NCBI GenBank assembly: GCA_900234795.1 | Contig: LT962688.1 | Location: 2,550,001 to 2,582,000, forward strand | Direction: 5' to 3' | DNA length: 32,000 bases | Source: Methylorubrum extorquens | GTDB taxonomy: Bacteria > Pseudomonadota > Alphaproteobacteria > Rhizobiales > Beijerinckiaceae | In this document: in pieces, positions 1 through 8,365 of the stretch | Layout of the letters: each line of letters starts with the position of its first letter | How positions within the stretch are numbered: the first letter of the stretch is position 1 | The notes under the pieces: generated by a model | Told to the model about the DNA's origin: nothing | Seen by the model: only the letters and a program-made list of their open reading frames with translations | Database searches by the model: none | Translations under genes and position numbers: made by a program

Positions 1-360
1 GGCGCGATGGTCTACGGGCTCATCGCCCTTGCCCGGCCCGCCGCCCCGGTCGCGCGGCTGGCGGCGCTCGCCCTGATCGTTGCCGTGCTGGTCGAGCTGT
101 TCCGCCTCGTCCACACGCCGGGGCTCGATGCCTTCCGCTTGACGCTGGCGGGGCAATTGCTGCTCGGCCGCGTCTTCTCACCGTGGAACGTCGTGGCCTA
201 CGCTGCCGGCATCGGGCTGGCGGCGGCGCTCGATCGGAGCACACGGCGGCCGGACAGGCGGCGGAACGTTGCCGATGCGCTGGCGATGCCGGGCGCCGCG
301 GAGATCGATTTCGAGCCGCCTCGCGCGAAGATCGCTCGCCGACCGGCTGATTTTTCGTGA
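1..360 (+). CDS. DUF2809-like integral membrane protein, 3' part (5' end lies outside the window)
   Basis: The frame of ORF 7..360 stays open back to nt 1. Hydrophobic helices plus the motif GRVFSPWNVVAYAAGIG resemble the conserved C-terminal end of DUF2809 proteins. This is recognition from memory only. Confidence 0.45.
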   Translation, partial: GAMVYGLIALARPAAPVARLAALALIVAVLVELFRLVHTPGLDAFRLTLAGQLLLGRVFSPWNVVAYAAGIGLAAALDRSTRRPDRRRNVADALAMPGAAEIDFEPPRAKIARRPADFS

Positions 361-505
361 TGTGAGGTGGCGGCGACGAGCCGACCGGTGTGGCTCAGCC
401 TCCCGACAGGGCCCGCACCACCGCCCAGTTCGGCGTGATCAGGGCAGCGAGGGTGCGAAGGATGCCTGGCAACGCCCGCATCCTCCGCATCGGCCCCGCC
501 GCTGC

Positions 506-2209
506 TCAGGCCGCCGCGGCCTTGCGGCTCTCGAGGAAGGCCGCGTGCTCGGCCACCAGCGCGCCGCTCAGCGCCTTCTCGATCAGCGCCCGCGTGCCCG
601 CCACGCCGTAGAGCGCGATGAACGAGCCGAAGCGCGGCCCCTGCGCCTCGCCGAACAGCACGTTGTAGATCGAGGCGAACCACGTCTTCGAGACGCCGGG
701 CCGCCCGTCCGGGCTCTTGGCCTTGCCCGAGAGGTCGGGGAAGTGGCGCCGGCCGACCTCGTAGACGATGGCCTGCAAGGCCTCCGGATCGGTCGAGTCC
801 TCGTGCTCGGCGAGTGTGTCCGAGAGGTCGCGCAGGGCCGCGGCCTCCTCTTCGGTGGGCGCGCGGTACTGCTTCTGCGGCCGCACGAAATCCCGGTAAT
901 AGGCGAGCGCCCGCGTCACGAGGCCGGCGAGCCGCGGATGCGTCTCCGGCCCGACATTCGGGGCGTAGCGACGGATGAAGCCCCACAAAACCGCCTCGTC
1001 CTCGGCATTGGCCACCGCCACGAGGTTCAAGAGCATGCCGAAGGAGAGCGTGGTGCCGGCCTCGTCGATGGTCTCGACGGCTGGCGGTTCGCCCGCATGC
1101 AGGTGCCAGACCGGGTTGCCGAGCCGGTGCTTGGCTTCCTGGCCGGCGAAACGGCCGAGGAAGTTGTCGTACTCGTCGACGTTGCGCGGAATCACGTCGA
1201 AGAACAGGCGCTTGGCCTCGCGCGGCTTGTTGTACATGAACAGCGCGAGCGACTCGGGCGTGGCGTAGGTCAGCCACTCGTCGATGGTCAGTCCGTTGCC
1301 CTTCGACTTCGAGATCTTCTGGCCCTTCTCGTCGAGGAAGAGTTCGTAGTTGAACCCCTCCGGCGGCTCGGCGCCGAGGGCGCGCGCGATCTGGCCCGAG
1401 AGCTTGACCGAATCGATCAGGTCCTTGCCGGCCATCTCGTAATCGACGCCGAGCGCGACCCAGCGCATCGCCCAGTCGGGCTTCCATTGCAGCTTGACGT
1501 GGCCGCCGGTGACCGGCGTCTCGTAGGCCTCGTTCGTCGCCGGATCGCGCCAGACGATGGTGCCGGCGCGCGGGCGCACCTCGTCGATCGACACCTGCAT
1601 CACGTGGCCGGTCACGGGGTGGATCGGCAGGAAGGGCGAGTAGCTCGCCGAGCGCTCGGCCCGCAGCGAGGGCAGCATGATCGCCATCACCGCCTCGTAG
1701 CGCTCCAGCACCAAGCGCAGCGTGTCGTCGAAGATGCCGGCCTTGTAGCACTCGGTGGCCGAGCGGAACTCGTAGTCGAAGCCGAAGGCGTCGAGGAAGC
1801 GGCGCAGCTCGGCGTTGTTGTGCGCGCCGAAGCTGTCATGCGTGCCGAACGGGTCGGGCACCTGGGTCAGCGGGAGGTTCAGCGCCTCGGCCAGCCGCTC
1901 GCGGTTCGGCACGTTGTCCGGGACTTTGCGCAGGCCGTCCATGTCGTCGGAGAAGGCGATCAACCGGGTCGGCACCGCGTCCTTGGTCAGCACGCGGAAG
2001 GCGTGGCGTACCATCGAGGTACGAGCGACCTCGCCGAAGGTGCCGATATGCGGCAGGCCCGAGGGGCCGTAGCCGGTCTCGAACAGAACCTCGCTCTTGG
2101 GCTTGCGCTCCAGCCGCGCCACGAGCTTGCGCGCCTCCTCGAACGGCCAGGCGGCGGCGGAGGCAGCGGCCTCCAGAATGTCGGGGTCGAGGCGGAGGGG
2201 CGCGGACAT
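506..2209 (-). CDS. lysK: Lysine--tRNA ligase, class I
   Basis: The translation has a HIGH-type motif ([10 protein letters not shown]), a KMSKS-type motif (KISKSKGNG) and the N-terminal [11 protein letters not shown] block typical of alphaproteobacterial class I LysRS. Start placed at ATG 2209 (MSAPLRLD...). A longer alternative begins at ATG 2254. Confidence 0.9.
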   Translation of the reverse strand: MSAPLRLDPDILEAAASAAAWPFEEARKLVARLERKPKSEVLFETGYGPSGLPHIGTFGEVARTSMVRHAFRVLTKDAVPTRLIAFSDDMDGLRKVPDNVPNRERLAEALNLPLTQVPDPFGTHDSFGAHNNAELRRFLDAFGFDYEFRSATECYKAGIFDDTLRLVLERYEAVMAIMLPSLRAERSASYSPFLPIHPVTGHVMQVSIDEVRPRAGTIVWRDPATNEAYETPVTGGHVKLQWKPDWAMRWVALGVDYEMAGKDLIDSVKLSGQIARALGAEPPEGFNYELFLDEKGQKISKSKGNGLTIDEWLTYATPESLALFMYNKPREAKRLFFDVIPRNVDEYDNFLGRFAGQEAKHRLGNPVWHLHAGEPPAVETIDEAGTTLSFGMLLNLVAVANAEDEAVLWGFIRRYAPNVGPETHPRLAGLVTRALAYYRDFVRPQKQYRAPTEEEAAALRDLSDTLAEHEDSTDPEALQAIVYEVGRRHFPDLSGKAKSPDGRPGVSKTWFASIYNVLFGEAQGPRFGSFIALYGVAGTRALIEKALSGALVAEHAAFLESRKAAAA

Positions 2210-2362
2210 CACAAGCAAGCTTTTCGGGGTCTGGACAAGCGCCGCGCCGGCCATTCGGGCCGGGGCGCAAGAGCGGGCAACCTATGGAGCGAGGGGGCCG
2301 GGGTCAACGCAGCCATCCTATGCGACGACCCGAGATCCCGCTTGAGAGCGAAGTCCGAAAAA

Positions 2363-3292
2363 CTATCCGCGCCCGAGCAGCATCAGCCAGCCCACCGTCG
2401 TGGCGGTCGCGGCCAGCGTCGAGACCAGTACGGCGGCGGCAACCGAGCCCTGCTCGCTCTTGTAGCGCACGGCCAGCAGGTAGGCGTTGATGCCCACCGG
2501 CATCGCCGCGAACAGCACGGCGACGCCGGCATAGGCCGGCGGCATGGTGAAGACGTGGAAGGCGAGGAGATAGACCGCGAGCGGGTGCAGGCCGAGCTTC
2601 AAAGCGGCGACGATGCTCGCGCCGCGCAGGTCGTGCAGCACCTTGTAGCGGGTGAGGCCGGCTCCCAGCGCGATCAGCGCGCAGGTCGAGGCGGTGCCGG
2701 CCAGCGAATCGACCAGGGCCTTCGGGATGCCCGAAAAGGAGAGGCCGCCGGCCTTCATCGCCATGCCGACGGCGAGCGAGAGGAAGATCGGGTTCTTGCC
2801 GAGCGCGAGGCCGAGCGCCTTCAGCCGCTGGCCCATGGGGCGCCCGCCCTCCGATTCGATCAGGAAGGTCGCCGCGCCCATCATCAAGGGCAGGTGGACG
2901 GCGAGCAGCATGAAGAGCGGGAAGGCGCCCGATTCGCCGTAGGCCTGGAGAATCATCGGCACGCCGACGAAGACGGTGTTCGACTGGCTCGCGGCAAAGC
3001 CGTGCAGCACGGCCCCGCGCCGGTCCACGCCCTCGGTCCGGCGCCCGATCAGCGAGCCGGTGGCCCAGGCGATGGCAGCCCCGCCGAAATAGCTCGCCCA
3101 GTAGCCCCAGGCGATCTCGCCCGACAGGCCCGGCCGCGTCAGCGTCGAAACGATGAGGGCCGGCACCGCGAGTGAGAAGACGTATTCGGACAGCCCGTCG
3201 CCAACCCGCTCCGAGATGATCTTGGTGAGCGAGGCGAGCCAGCCGACCAGCACGAGGCCGAAGATCGGGATGATGAGGGTGAGCGCCGTCAT
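2363..3292 (-). CDS. AEC (auxin efflux carrier) family permease
   Basis: Start set at ATG 3292 (MTALTLIIPIFGLVLVGW...). About ten hydrophobic helices and an N-terminus typical of AEC/PF03547 transporters. The 67 codons further upstream in the ORF are Arg/Pro-rich and run through the rpmB terminator, so they are excluded. Confidence 0.8.
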   Translation of the reverse strand: MTALTLIIPIFGLVLVGWLASLTKIISERVGDGLSEYVFSLAVPALIVSTLTRPGLSGEIAWGYWASYFGGAAIAWATGSLIGRRTEGVDRRGAVLHGFAASQSNTVFVGVPMILQAYGESGAFPLFMLLAVHLPLMMGAATFLIESEGGRPMGQRLKALGLALGKNPIFLSLAVGMAMKAGGLSFSGIPKALVDSLAGTASTCALIALGAGLTRYKVLHDLRGASIVAALKLGLHPLAVYLLAFHVFTMPPAYAGVAVLFAAMPVGINAYLLAVRYKSEQGSVAAAVLVSTLAATATTVGWLMLLGRG

Positions 3293-3315
3293 CGGCCGAG
3301 GGGATCCTGTCGAAC

Positions 3316-3357
3316 GGAAAAGGCCACCGGGCGCGATTCGCGAATCCGGTGGCCTTT
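3316..3357 (-). terminator. Rho-independent terminator downstream of rpmB
   Basis: Perfect 13-bp inverted repeat AAAGGCCACCGG(G) 3318-3330 / CCGGTGGCCTTT 3346-3357. On the minus strand the hairpin is followed by TTTTCC. Confidence 0.7.
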
Positions 3358-3404
3358 CTGATTCGGTTGGACGATCGTTCGGCCGTGAGCCGGCCCGACA
3401 AGAG

Positions 3405-3710
3405 TTACGCGGCGGCGGGCGTGGCCGGCTCGGCGATCTTCTTCTCGATCTCGCGCTTGAGCAGGCGGGCCGTCTGCGACAGCTCGATCTCACGGGCCTT
3501 CACGAGGAAGGCGTCAAGGCCACCGCGATGCTCAACCGAGCGGAGCGCGTGGGCAGTCACCCGCAGGCGGACGCGGCGGTTGAGGGTGTCCGACTGCAGC
3601 GTGACATTGCAGAGGTTCGGCAGGAACCGGCACTTGGTCTTCCGGTTCGAGTGGCTCACGAGGTGACCGACCTGAACGGCCTTGCCCGTGAGTTCGCAGC
3701 GACGCGACAT
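3405..3710 (-). CDS. rpmB: 50S ribosomal protein L28 (bL28)
   Basis: [33 protein letters not shown]... is a textbook bL28 N-terminus. 101 aa, start at ATG 3710 inside ORF 3405..3770. Confidence 0.93.
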   Translation of the reverse strand: MSRRCELTGKAVQVGHLVSHSNRKTKCRFLPNLCNVTLQSDTLNRRVRLRVTAHALRSVEHRGGLDAFLVKAREIELSQTARLLKREIEKKIAEPATPAAA

Positions 3711-3841
3711 CGTTACAGTCCTGTCAACGTTAGGCCGGGTCTCGGCGCTGAAGCGTTTCGGCAATGCCACACGGCTCTCGCGCCGAGGGCGTCGAACCCT
3801 CGCGACAATCGATACCGGCGGAGTCCTATGGAAGTGGCGAG

Positions 3842-3871
3842 CCTATAGGGGAGATGCGCCGGTTTCGTCAA
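3842..3871 (-). promoter_or_regulatory. Candidate sigma-70 type promoter for rpmB
   Basis: The minus strand reads TTGACG (3871-3866), an 18-nt spacer, then TATAGG (3847-3842). This implies a leader of roughly 125 nt. Motif match only. Confidence 0.3.
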
Positions 3872-3895
3872 GGTCGGCGGGCCAAGATCCCGGCT

Positions 3896-4744
3896 TTACT
3901 GGATCGCCGACCGTGCGAGCTGCCGCCCCGGCGTCGCCGCGGCGGCCTGGGCTGTCTTCGGTGCCGAGCGGCGGGCCGCCATGGCGCGCATCTCACGCAT
4001 GTTGGCTGCCGCTTCCGCCGGGCCGAGATCCTGGGCCAGCACTTGTTCCGCTTCGTCGTAGCGGCCCTTGAGGCCGAGCACTAGGGCGAGGTTCTGGCGC
4101 ACGCGGGCATCGGCCTTCGGCTGGGCCACGGCAAGGCGCAGGGTCGTCTCGGCCTCGTCGAGGCGGCGGGAGAGTGCGTAGGACAGGCCGAGATTCGACA
4201 GGATCCGCGGCTCGTTCGGCGCGATCTTGAGGGCGGTGTCGTAGAGGTTCTGCGCCCGGGCGTGGTCGCCGGTCTCGTCGGCCACCATCCCCTGCGCCGA
4301 GAGCACGCGCCAATCGGGCTGGGCCGGGCTGTGGGCGTTCTGAAGGACTTCGTTGGCCTCCTGGTAGCGCCCGGCATCGGCGAGGCTCTTGCCGTAGGCG
4401 GCGAGCACCACCTTGTCTTTGGGATTGCGCAGGGCGACCTGCTGCAGCACCGCCACGGCCTGTGATTTCTGGTCGGTCGCGCGCAGGGCCGCGGCGTAGC
4501 GCATGGCGGCGCGAACGTCGTTCGGGTCCGCGTTGTAGCGCGCGGCCAAAGCATCGATTTCGGCGCGGGGCGAGCGTTCGGGACGGTTCGCGCCGAGCAG
4601 GTTGAGGCCGCCGATCGAGCCGGTCGTCTCGGGCGAGCGGCTCTGGCAGCCGGCCAGCCCGAGGCCGACGAGGGCCAGGGCGAGCAGACGGCGTGTCCGG
4701 ACCATTCCAGGCTGGCTCGGAGCCGCGCTGCAAATGCCGGTCAT
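3896..4744 (-). CDS. TPR-repeat lipoprotein (TadD-like tetratricopeptide protein)
   Basis: ATG 4744 is preceded by GGAGAGG at 5-nt spacing (alternative ATG 4705). Signal peptide with lipobox LGLAGC. The remainder is TPR-like repeats (e.g. LYDTALKIAPNEPRILSNLGLSYAL, ARVRQNLALVLGLKGRYDEAEQVL). Confidence 0.75.
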   Translation of the reverse strand: MTGICSAAPSQPGMVRTRRLLALALVGLGLAGCQSRSPETTGSIGGLNLLGANRPERSPRAEIDALAARYNADPNDVRAAMRYAAALRATDQKSQAVAVLQQVALRNPKDKVVLAAYGKSLADAGRYQEANEVLQNAHSPAQPDWRVLSAQGMVADETGDHARAQNLYDTALKIAPNEPRILSNLGLSYALSRRLDEAETTLRLAVAQPKADARVRQNLALVLGLKGRYDEAEQVLAQDLGPAEAAANMREMRAMAARRSAPKTAQAAAATPGRQLARSAIQ

Positions 4745-4841
4745 GGTGTCCTCTCCCCCCAATGCCACGGCCGGCGCTTGCGCCGTACCGATGGCGGGGT
4801 GATAGAGCGTTAACCCTAATGGCCGGTTAAGCTTATTTTCC

Positions 4842-6251
4842 ATGTCCGCACCTCTCTCGCAGCACGGCCCCTCCCTTCTCGATGCAGGCGCGGATGCCGT
4901 CCCGATCCGCTGCGTGACGGAGGAAGGATGGGGCGCTGTCGCCGCCGGATTGCCCCCGCTCCAGCGCAGCTTTGCCGACGCCACCGGCTTTGCCCCCAAG
5001 GCCGGTCGCGTCGCCCTCCTACCCGGCGACGACGGCGGGCTCGGCAGCGTGCTGTTCGGCCTGGGCGACGCGAAAGCAGGCGGTCGCGACCGCTTTCTCG
5101 CCGGAAAGCTGCCGGGCGCCCTGCCCCCGGGCGATTACCGGTTCGAGCCTTCCGACGGTTTCGATGAGAGCGAGGCGGCGCTGGCGTGGCTGCTCGGCAG
5201 CTACCGGTTCGAGCGCTACCGCAAGCCGGGCGAGTCGCGCCCGCGCCTCGTCGCCCCGGACGGAATCGACGCGGCGGCGATCGAACGGCTCGCGGCTGCG
5301 GTCGCGGCCGGACGCGACCTCGTCAACATCCCGGCGAACGATCTCGGACCGGCCGAAGTCGAGGCCGCCGTGCGAGCGCTGGGCGAGCGGTTCGGTGCGA
5401 CGGTCTCCGTGACCATCGGCGCGGATCTCGAGAAAGAGTTTCCTCTCGTCCATGCCGTCGGCGCCGCCTCGCCGCGGGCGCCCCGCCTCATCGATCTCAC
5501 CTGGGGGGCCGAGGGCGCGCCGCGGGTGACGCTGGTCGGCAAGGGCGTCGTGTTCGACACCGGCGGGCTCGACATCAAGCCGGCCTCCAACATGCTGCTG
5601 ATGAAGAAGGATATGGGTGGCGCTGCCGCAGCCCTGGCGGCGGCCGAGATGATCATGGGCGCCGGCCTGCCCGTGCGGCTGCGGCTGATCGTGCCGAGCG
5701 TCGAGAACGCCATTGCCGGCGACGCCTTCCGGCCCGGCGACGTGATCCGCTCCCGCGCCGGCCTCACCGTCGAGATCGGCAACACAGACGCGGAGGGGCG
5801 CCTGATCCTCGCCGACGCGCTGGCGCTAGCCGATGCCGAGGCGCCGGACCTCATCCTCGATTTCGCGACGCTGACCGGCGCCGCCCGCGTGGCGCTGGGT
5901 CCCGATCTGCCGGCCTTCTTCACCGAGGACGAGGGCCTGGCGGCTGCGGTCGCGGAAGCGGGCCTGCGCGTCAACGATCCGGTCTGGCGCCTGCCCCTGC
6001 ACCTACCCTATGCGAGCCTACTCGATTCGAAGGTCGCCGACCTCAACAATGCGCCGGGCGGTGGCTTTGCCGGGGCGATCACCGCCGCCCTGTTCCTGCG
6101 CCGCTTTGTGCGCCGGACCCAAGCGCACGTACATTTCGACCTCTACGGCTGGAATCCCTCAACCAAGCCCGGCCGACCGGAGGGCGGCGAGGTCCAGACC
6201 GCCCGCCTCGCCTACGCCCTGGTGGCCGAGCGGTACGGCCGCGACGTTTGA
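4842..6251 (+). CDS. Leucyl aminopeptidase family protein (peptidase M17)
   Basis: M17 catalytic-domain signatures are present: VGKGVVFDTGGLDIKP and IGNTDAEGRLILADAL. 469 aa. Confidence 0.9.
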   Translation: MSAPLSQHGPSLLDAGADAVPIRCVTEEGWGAVAAGLPPLQRSFADATGFAPKAGRVALLPGDDGGLGSVLFGLGDAKAGGRDRFLAGKLPGALPPGDYRFEPSDGFDESEAALAWLLGSYRFERYRKPGESRPRLVAPDGIDAAAIERLAAAVAAGRDLVNIPANDLGPAEVEAAVRALGERFGATVSVTIGADLEKEFPLVHAVGAASPRAPRLIDLTWGAEGAPRVTLVGKGVVFDTGGLDIKPASNMLLMKKDMGGAAAALAAAEMIMGAGLPVRLRLIVPSVENAIAGDAFRPGDVIRSRAGLTVEIGNTDAEGRLILADALALADAEAPDLILDFATLTGAARVALGPDLPAFFTEDEGLAAAVAEAGLRVNDPVWRLPLHLPYASLLDSKVADLNNAPGGGFAGAITAALFLRRFVRRTQAHVHFDLYGWNPSTKPGRPEGGEVQTARLAYALVAERYGRDV

Positions 6252-6279
6252 CGGCCTTCACGGGGCCGGCGCTTGCTGT

Positions 6280-6525
6280 TCAGCGGCGCCCGGTCGGATG
6301 CGCGGGAGCCGGCAACTGCCGCTCCTGAACCCGCGCCACGCTCGGCGGGAGCCCCTCCTCCGGCTTGGCCGCCCCCGGTGCCCCCGGTACGGACAGATCC
6401 CGGTTGCTGCCGCGTTCGAACGCCCAGCCCGCATTCACCCCCGCGTAGAAGCCGGAGAAATCCTCCGCCGCGGCGGGGGCCGTGCCCAGGAGCAGCAGGC
6501 CGAGCGCGCTGACGGTCCGACGCAT
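6280..6525 (-). CDS. Small exported protein with an Omp25/porin-family N-terminal motif (possible gene remnant)
   Basis: ATG 6525 is preceded by GAGGGGA at 6-nt spacing. Signal peptide MRRTVSALGLLLLGTAPAAA, then DFSGFYAGVNAGWAF, the hallmark first beta-strand of alphaproteobacterial OMP beta-barrels. The ORF stops after 81 aa with no further barrel-like sequence. Confidence 0.4.
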   Translation of the reverse strand: MRRTVSALGLLLLGTAPAAAEDFSGFYAGVNAGWAFERGSNRDLSVPGAPGAAKPEEGLPPSVARVQERQLPAPAHPTGRR

Positions 6526-6580
6526 CGCGTTTCCCCTCATCGTCGTTGCCGGCCGAAGCCAGCCGAGACGGCCAACCCGA

Positions 6581-6610
6581 CAAACGAAAACGGCGGCCCT
6601 GAGGCCGCCG
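6581..6610 (-). terminator. Rho-independent terminator downstream of the cold-shock gene
   Basis: Stem CGGCGGCC 6591-6598 / GGCCGCCG 6603-6610 with loop CTGA. On the minus strand it is followed by TTTTCGTTTG. Confidence 0.7.
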
Positions 6611-6652
6611 CTTCGTCAACTTCCGTTCGGGCCGCTGGGCGGCCCGCGTCGA

Positions 6653-7492
6653 TTAGTATTCGACGGTGATGCTCGAGGCCTCGCGGCCCTTCTGGCCCTC
6701 GACCACGCCGAGGGTGACCTGCTGGCCTTCGGCCAGCGAGTCGAGGCCGGCGCGGGACAGCGCCGAACGGTGCACGAACACGTCCTTGCCGCCGTCGTTC
6801 ACCGAGACGAAACCGAAGCCCTTGGCCGGGTCGTACCACTTCACGGTGCCGGTCATCTCGACCGACGGGCCGGAGGCGAAACGTCCACCGCCGCCGCCGC
6901 CAGCACCCGCGCCGCCGAAGCGATCACGGCTGCCACCACCGAAACGGTCGCCGCCGCCGCCGCCGAAGCGGTCGCCACCGCCGCCACCACCGAAGCGATC
7001 ACCGCCGCCGCCGAAGCGCGGGGCCTCGCGCCGGGGCGGAGCCGCCTCGGCCGTGGAGGTGTCGACGCTGTTCACTGCGGTGACCTGCGGGCCCTTCTGG
7101 CCCTGGGCGGTCTGGACCGTCAGGCGTGTGCCGGGAAGGAGGTCGTCGTGACCGGCGGCCTCGACCGCGCGGATGTGGAGGAAGGCATCGCCGGAGCCGT
7201 CGCCGAGCTCCACGAAGCCGAAGCCCTTCTCCTTGTTGAACCACTTGACCGTCGCATCACGCTCCGGTCCCGTCGGTGCAGCCGCTGCGCGCGCCGGGCC
7301 GCGGTCGAAGCCGCCACCGCCGCCGCCGCCGTAACCACCACCACCGCCGCCGAAGCGGTTGCCGCCGGCGCTACCGCCGCCGCCGAAGCGGTCACCACCG
7401 CTCGGGGGCAGTTCGTCGGGCCAACGCGGCTCGGAACCACCCTCGTCGAAGCCGCGCTTCTGCGGCCCCCTGAAATCACGACCACGTCCCAT
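6653..7492 (-). CDS. Cold-shock protein with two cold-shock domains and glycine/arginine-rich repeats
   Basis: Two CSDs carry RNP-type motifs (TVKWFNKEKGFGFVEL...DAFLH and GTVKWYDPAKGFGFVSV...DVFVH). They are preceded and separated by (G)nDRF / RFGGGG low-complexity repeats. 279 aa. Confidence 0.9.
   Translation of the reverse strand: MGRGRDFRGPQKRGFDEGGSEPRWPDELPPSGGDRFGGGGSAGGNRFGGGGGGYGGGGGGGFDRGPARAAAAPTGPERDATVKWFNKEKGFGFVELGDGSGDAFLHIRAVEAAGHDDLLPGTRLTVQTAQGQKGPQVTAVNSVDTSTAEAAPPRREAPRFGGGGDRFGGGGGGDRFGGGGGDRFGGGSRDRFGGAGAGGGGGGRFASGPSVEMTGTVKWYDPAKGFGFVSVNDGGKDVFVHRSALSRAGLDSLAEGQQVTLGVVEGQKGREASSITVEY
6875..7021 (-). repeat. Coding low-complexity repeat, GGGGDRF x4-5 (inter-CSD linker)
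   Basis: aa 158-206 of the Csp read PRFGGGGDRFGGGGGGDRFGGGGGDRFGGGSRDRFGGAGAGGGGGGRF. The DNA shows reiterated gccgccgccgaagcg(g/a)tc units. Confidence 0.85.
7304..7402 (-). repeat. Coding low-complexity repeat, Gly-rich with DRF/NRF (N-terminal tail of the Csp)
   Basis: aa 31-63 read SGGDRFGGGGSAGGNRFGGGGGGYGGGGGGGFDR. Confidence 0.8.
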
Positions 7493-7873
7493 TGAAAGCT
7501 CGCAAAAACCGTCCGCCCGCCAAGTCTCGAATACCGCGTGCGCGCTATCTCGAGACAGCCGACGCGCCGCACTATCATCCCCCCGGCTGCGGCTACCGGG
7601 AGCGATGCCTCAGGTCTGACGCAATCCCGCCCATACCGCAAGGTTCTTCTAACCGATCCGTGCTGTAGGCTCCGCATTTTCGCGGTGAAACTGCGTACGT
7701 ACCCCCTTTGGGATCCCGTCCGTTCCGAATCACGCTTGCACGCAGGGGACGCAGAGGGGAACGATTCTCGCCTCTGATTCCCGCGCACTCGGCCGCGCTT
7801 TAGGAAAACGCAAACCCAACGGGGTTAGTTTCGCCGCGAAACGGCCCGGATTCGAGCCGGGCGCCGGCTGCCG

Positions 7874-8350
7874 ATGATCGCAACTCCGACCTTTCCGGAT
7901 CTCTCCGCCCTCGTCGTGGACGAGAGCCTCTACATCCGCCGCATCGTGCGCGACATGCTGATGCGCGTCGGCATCAAGCGTGTGCTGGAGGCGCCCGACG
8001 GGGCGGAGGCGCTCGGCGTGCTCGCCGAGAGCAAGCCCGATCTCACCATCATCGATTGGGATTTGGCAATCCTGTCGGGCGAGGAGTTCATCCGGCTTGC
8101 CAGAACCCCGGCCACCTCGCCCTCGCCGACCGTGCCGATCATCCTCATGCTGGCCCAGCCGCGCCGCAACGTGGTCGATCGGGCGATCGCGCTGGGCGTC
8201 AACGAGATCATCTCCAAGCCGTTCTCGCCCAAGACCCTGTGGTCGCGCCTCGACGAGGTGATCAACCGGCCGCGGCCGTTCTCGCAGGTGAAGAGCCTGC
8301 TGCGTCCCCTGCCCCGGGCCAACGGCCTGTCGAAGATGGGCGCGCTCTGA
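7874..8350 (+). CDS. Single-domain response regulator (CheY-like receiver)
   Basis: Receiver fold signatures: LVVDES acidic pocket, phospho-acceptor context DLTIIDWDL, and conserved Lys in ISKPF. There is no output domain and no adjacent kinase. Confidence 0.8.
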   Translation: MIATPTFPDLSALVVDESLYIRRIVRDMLMRVGIKRVLEAPDGAEALGVLAESKPDLTIIDWDLAILSGEEFIRLARTPATSPSPTVPIILMLAQPRRNVVDRAIALGVNEIISKPFSPKTLWSRLDEVINRPRPFSQVKSLLRPLPRANGLSKMGAL

Positions 8351-8365
8351 CCCGTCCGGGTCGGC

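Noticed and set aside
269-3175. Very long ORFs on the opposite strand or in other frames of recognised genes. Examples are 269..3175+, 198..1751-, 10928..12586-, 12943..14172-, 13986..15038+ upstream part, 14607..16205-, 14852..16768+, 17848..18990+, 19476..21596+, 23337..25322-, 28611..29807- and 29634..30893+.
   Set aside because: Their translations are monotonous Arg/Ala/Gly/Pro/His-rich strings without motifs, and they fully overlap genes that have unmistakable family signatures. Long stop-free antisense frames are expected in DNA of about 70% GC.
3825-3848. Recurrent CCATAGG/CTATAGG motif upstream of rpmB (3825-3831, 3842-3848), and similarly upstream of lysK (2281-2287, 2317-2323).
   Set aside because: The 7-mers are short and degenerate, and one already serves as the proposed -10. 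Four occurrences are not enough to claim a shared regulatory element without a genome-wide count.
7843-7866. tRNA-like T-arm (GGCCCGGATTCGAGCCGGGCGCC) just upstream of the response regulator gene.
   Set aside because: The loop reads ATTCGAG rather than the G-TTCRA-NN-C arrangement. No complementary acceptor 5' strand (ccggcgc) or anticodon arm is found about 70 nt upstream. It is just a local hairpin.
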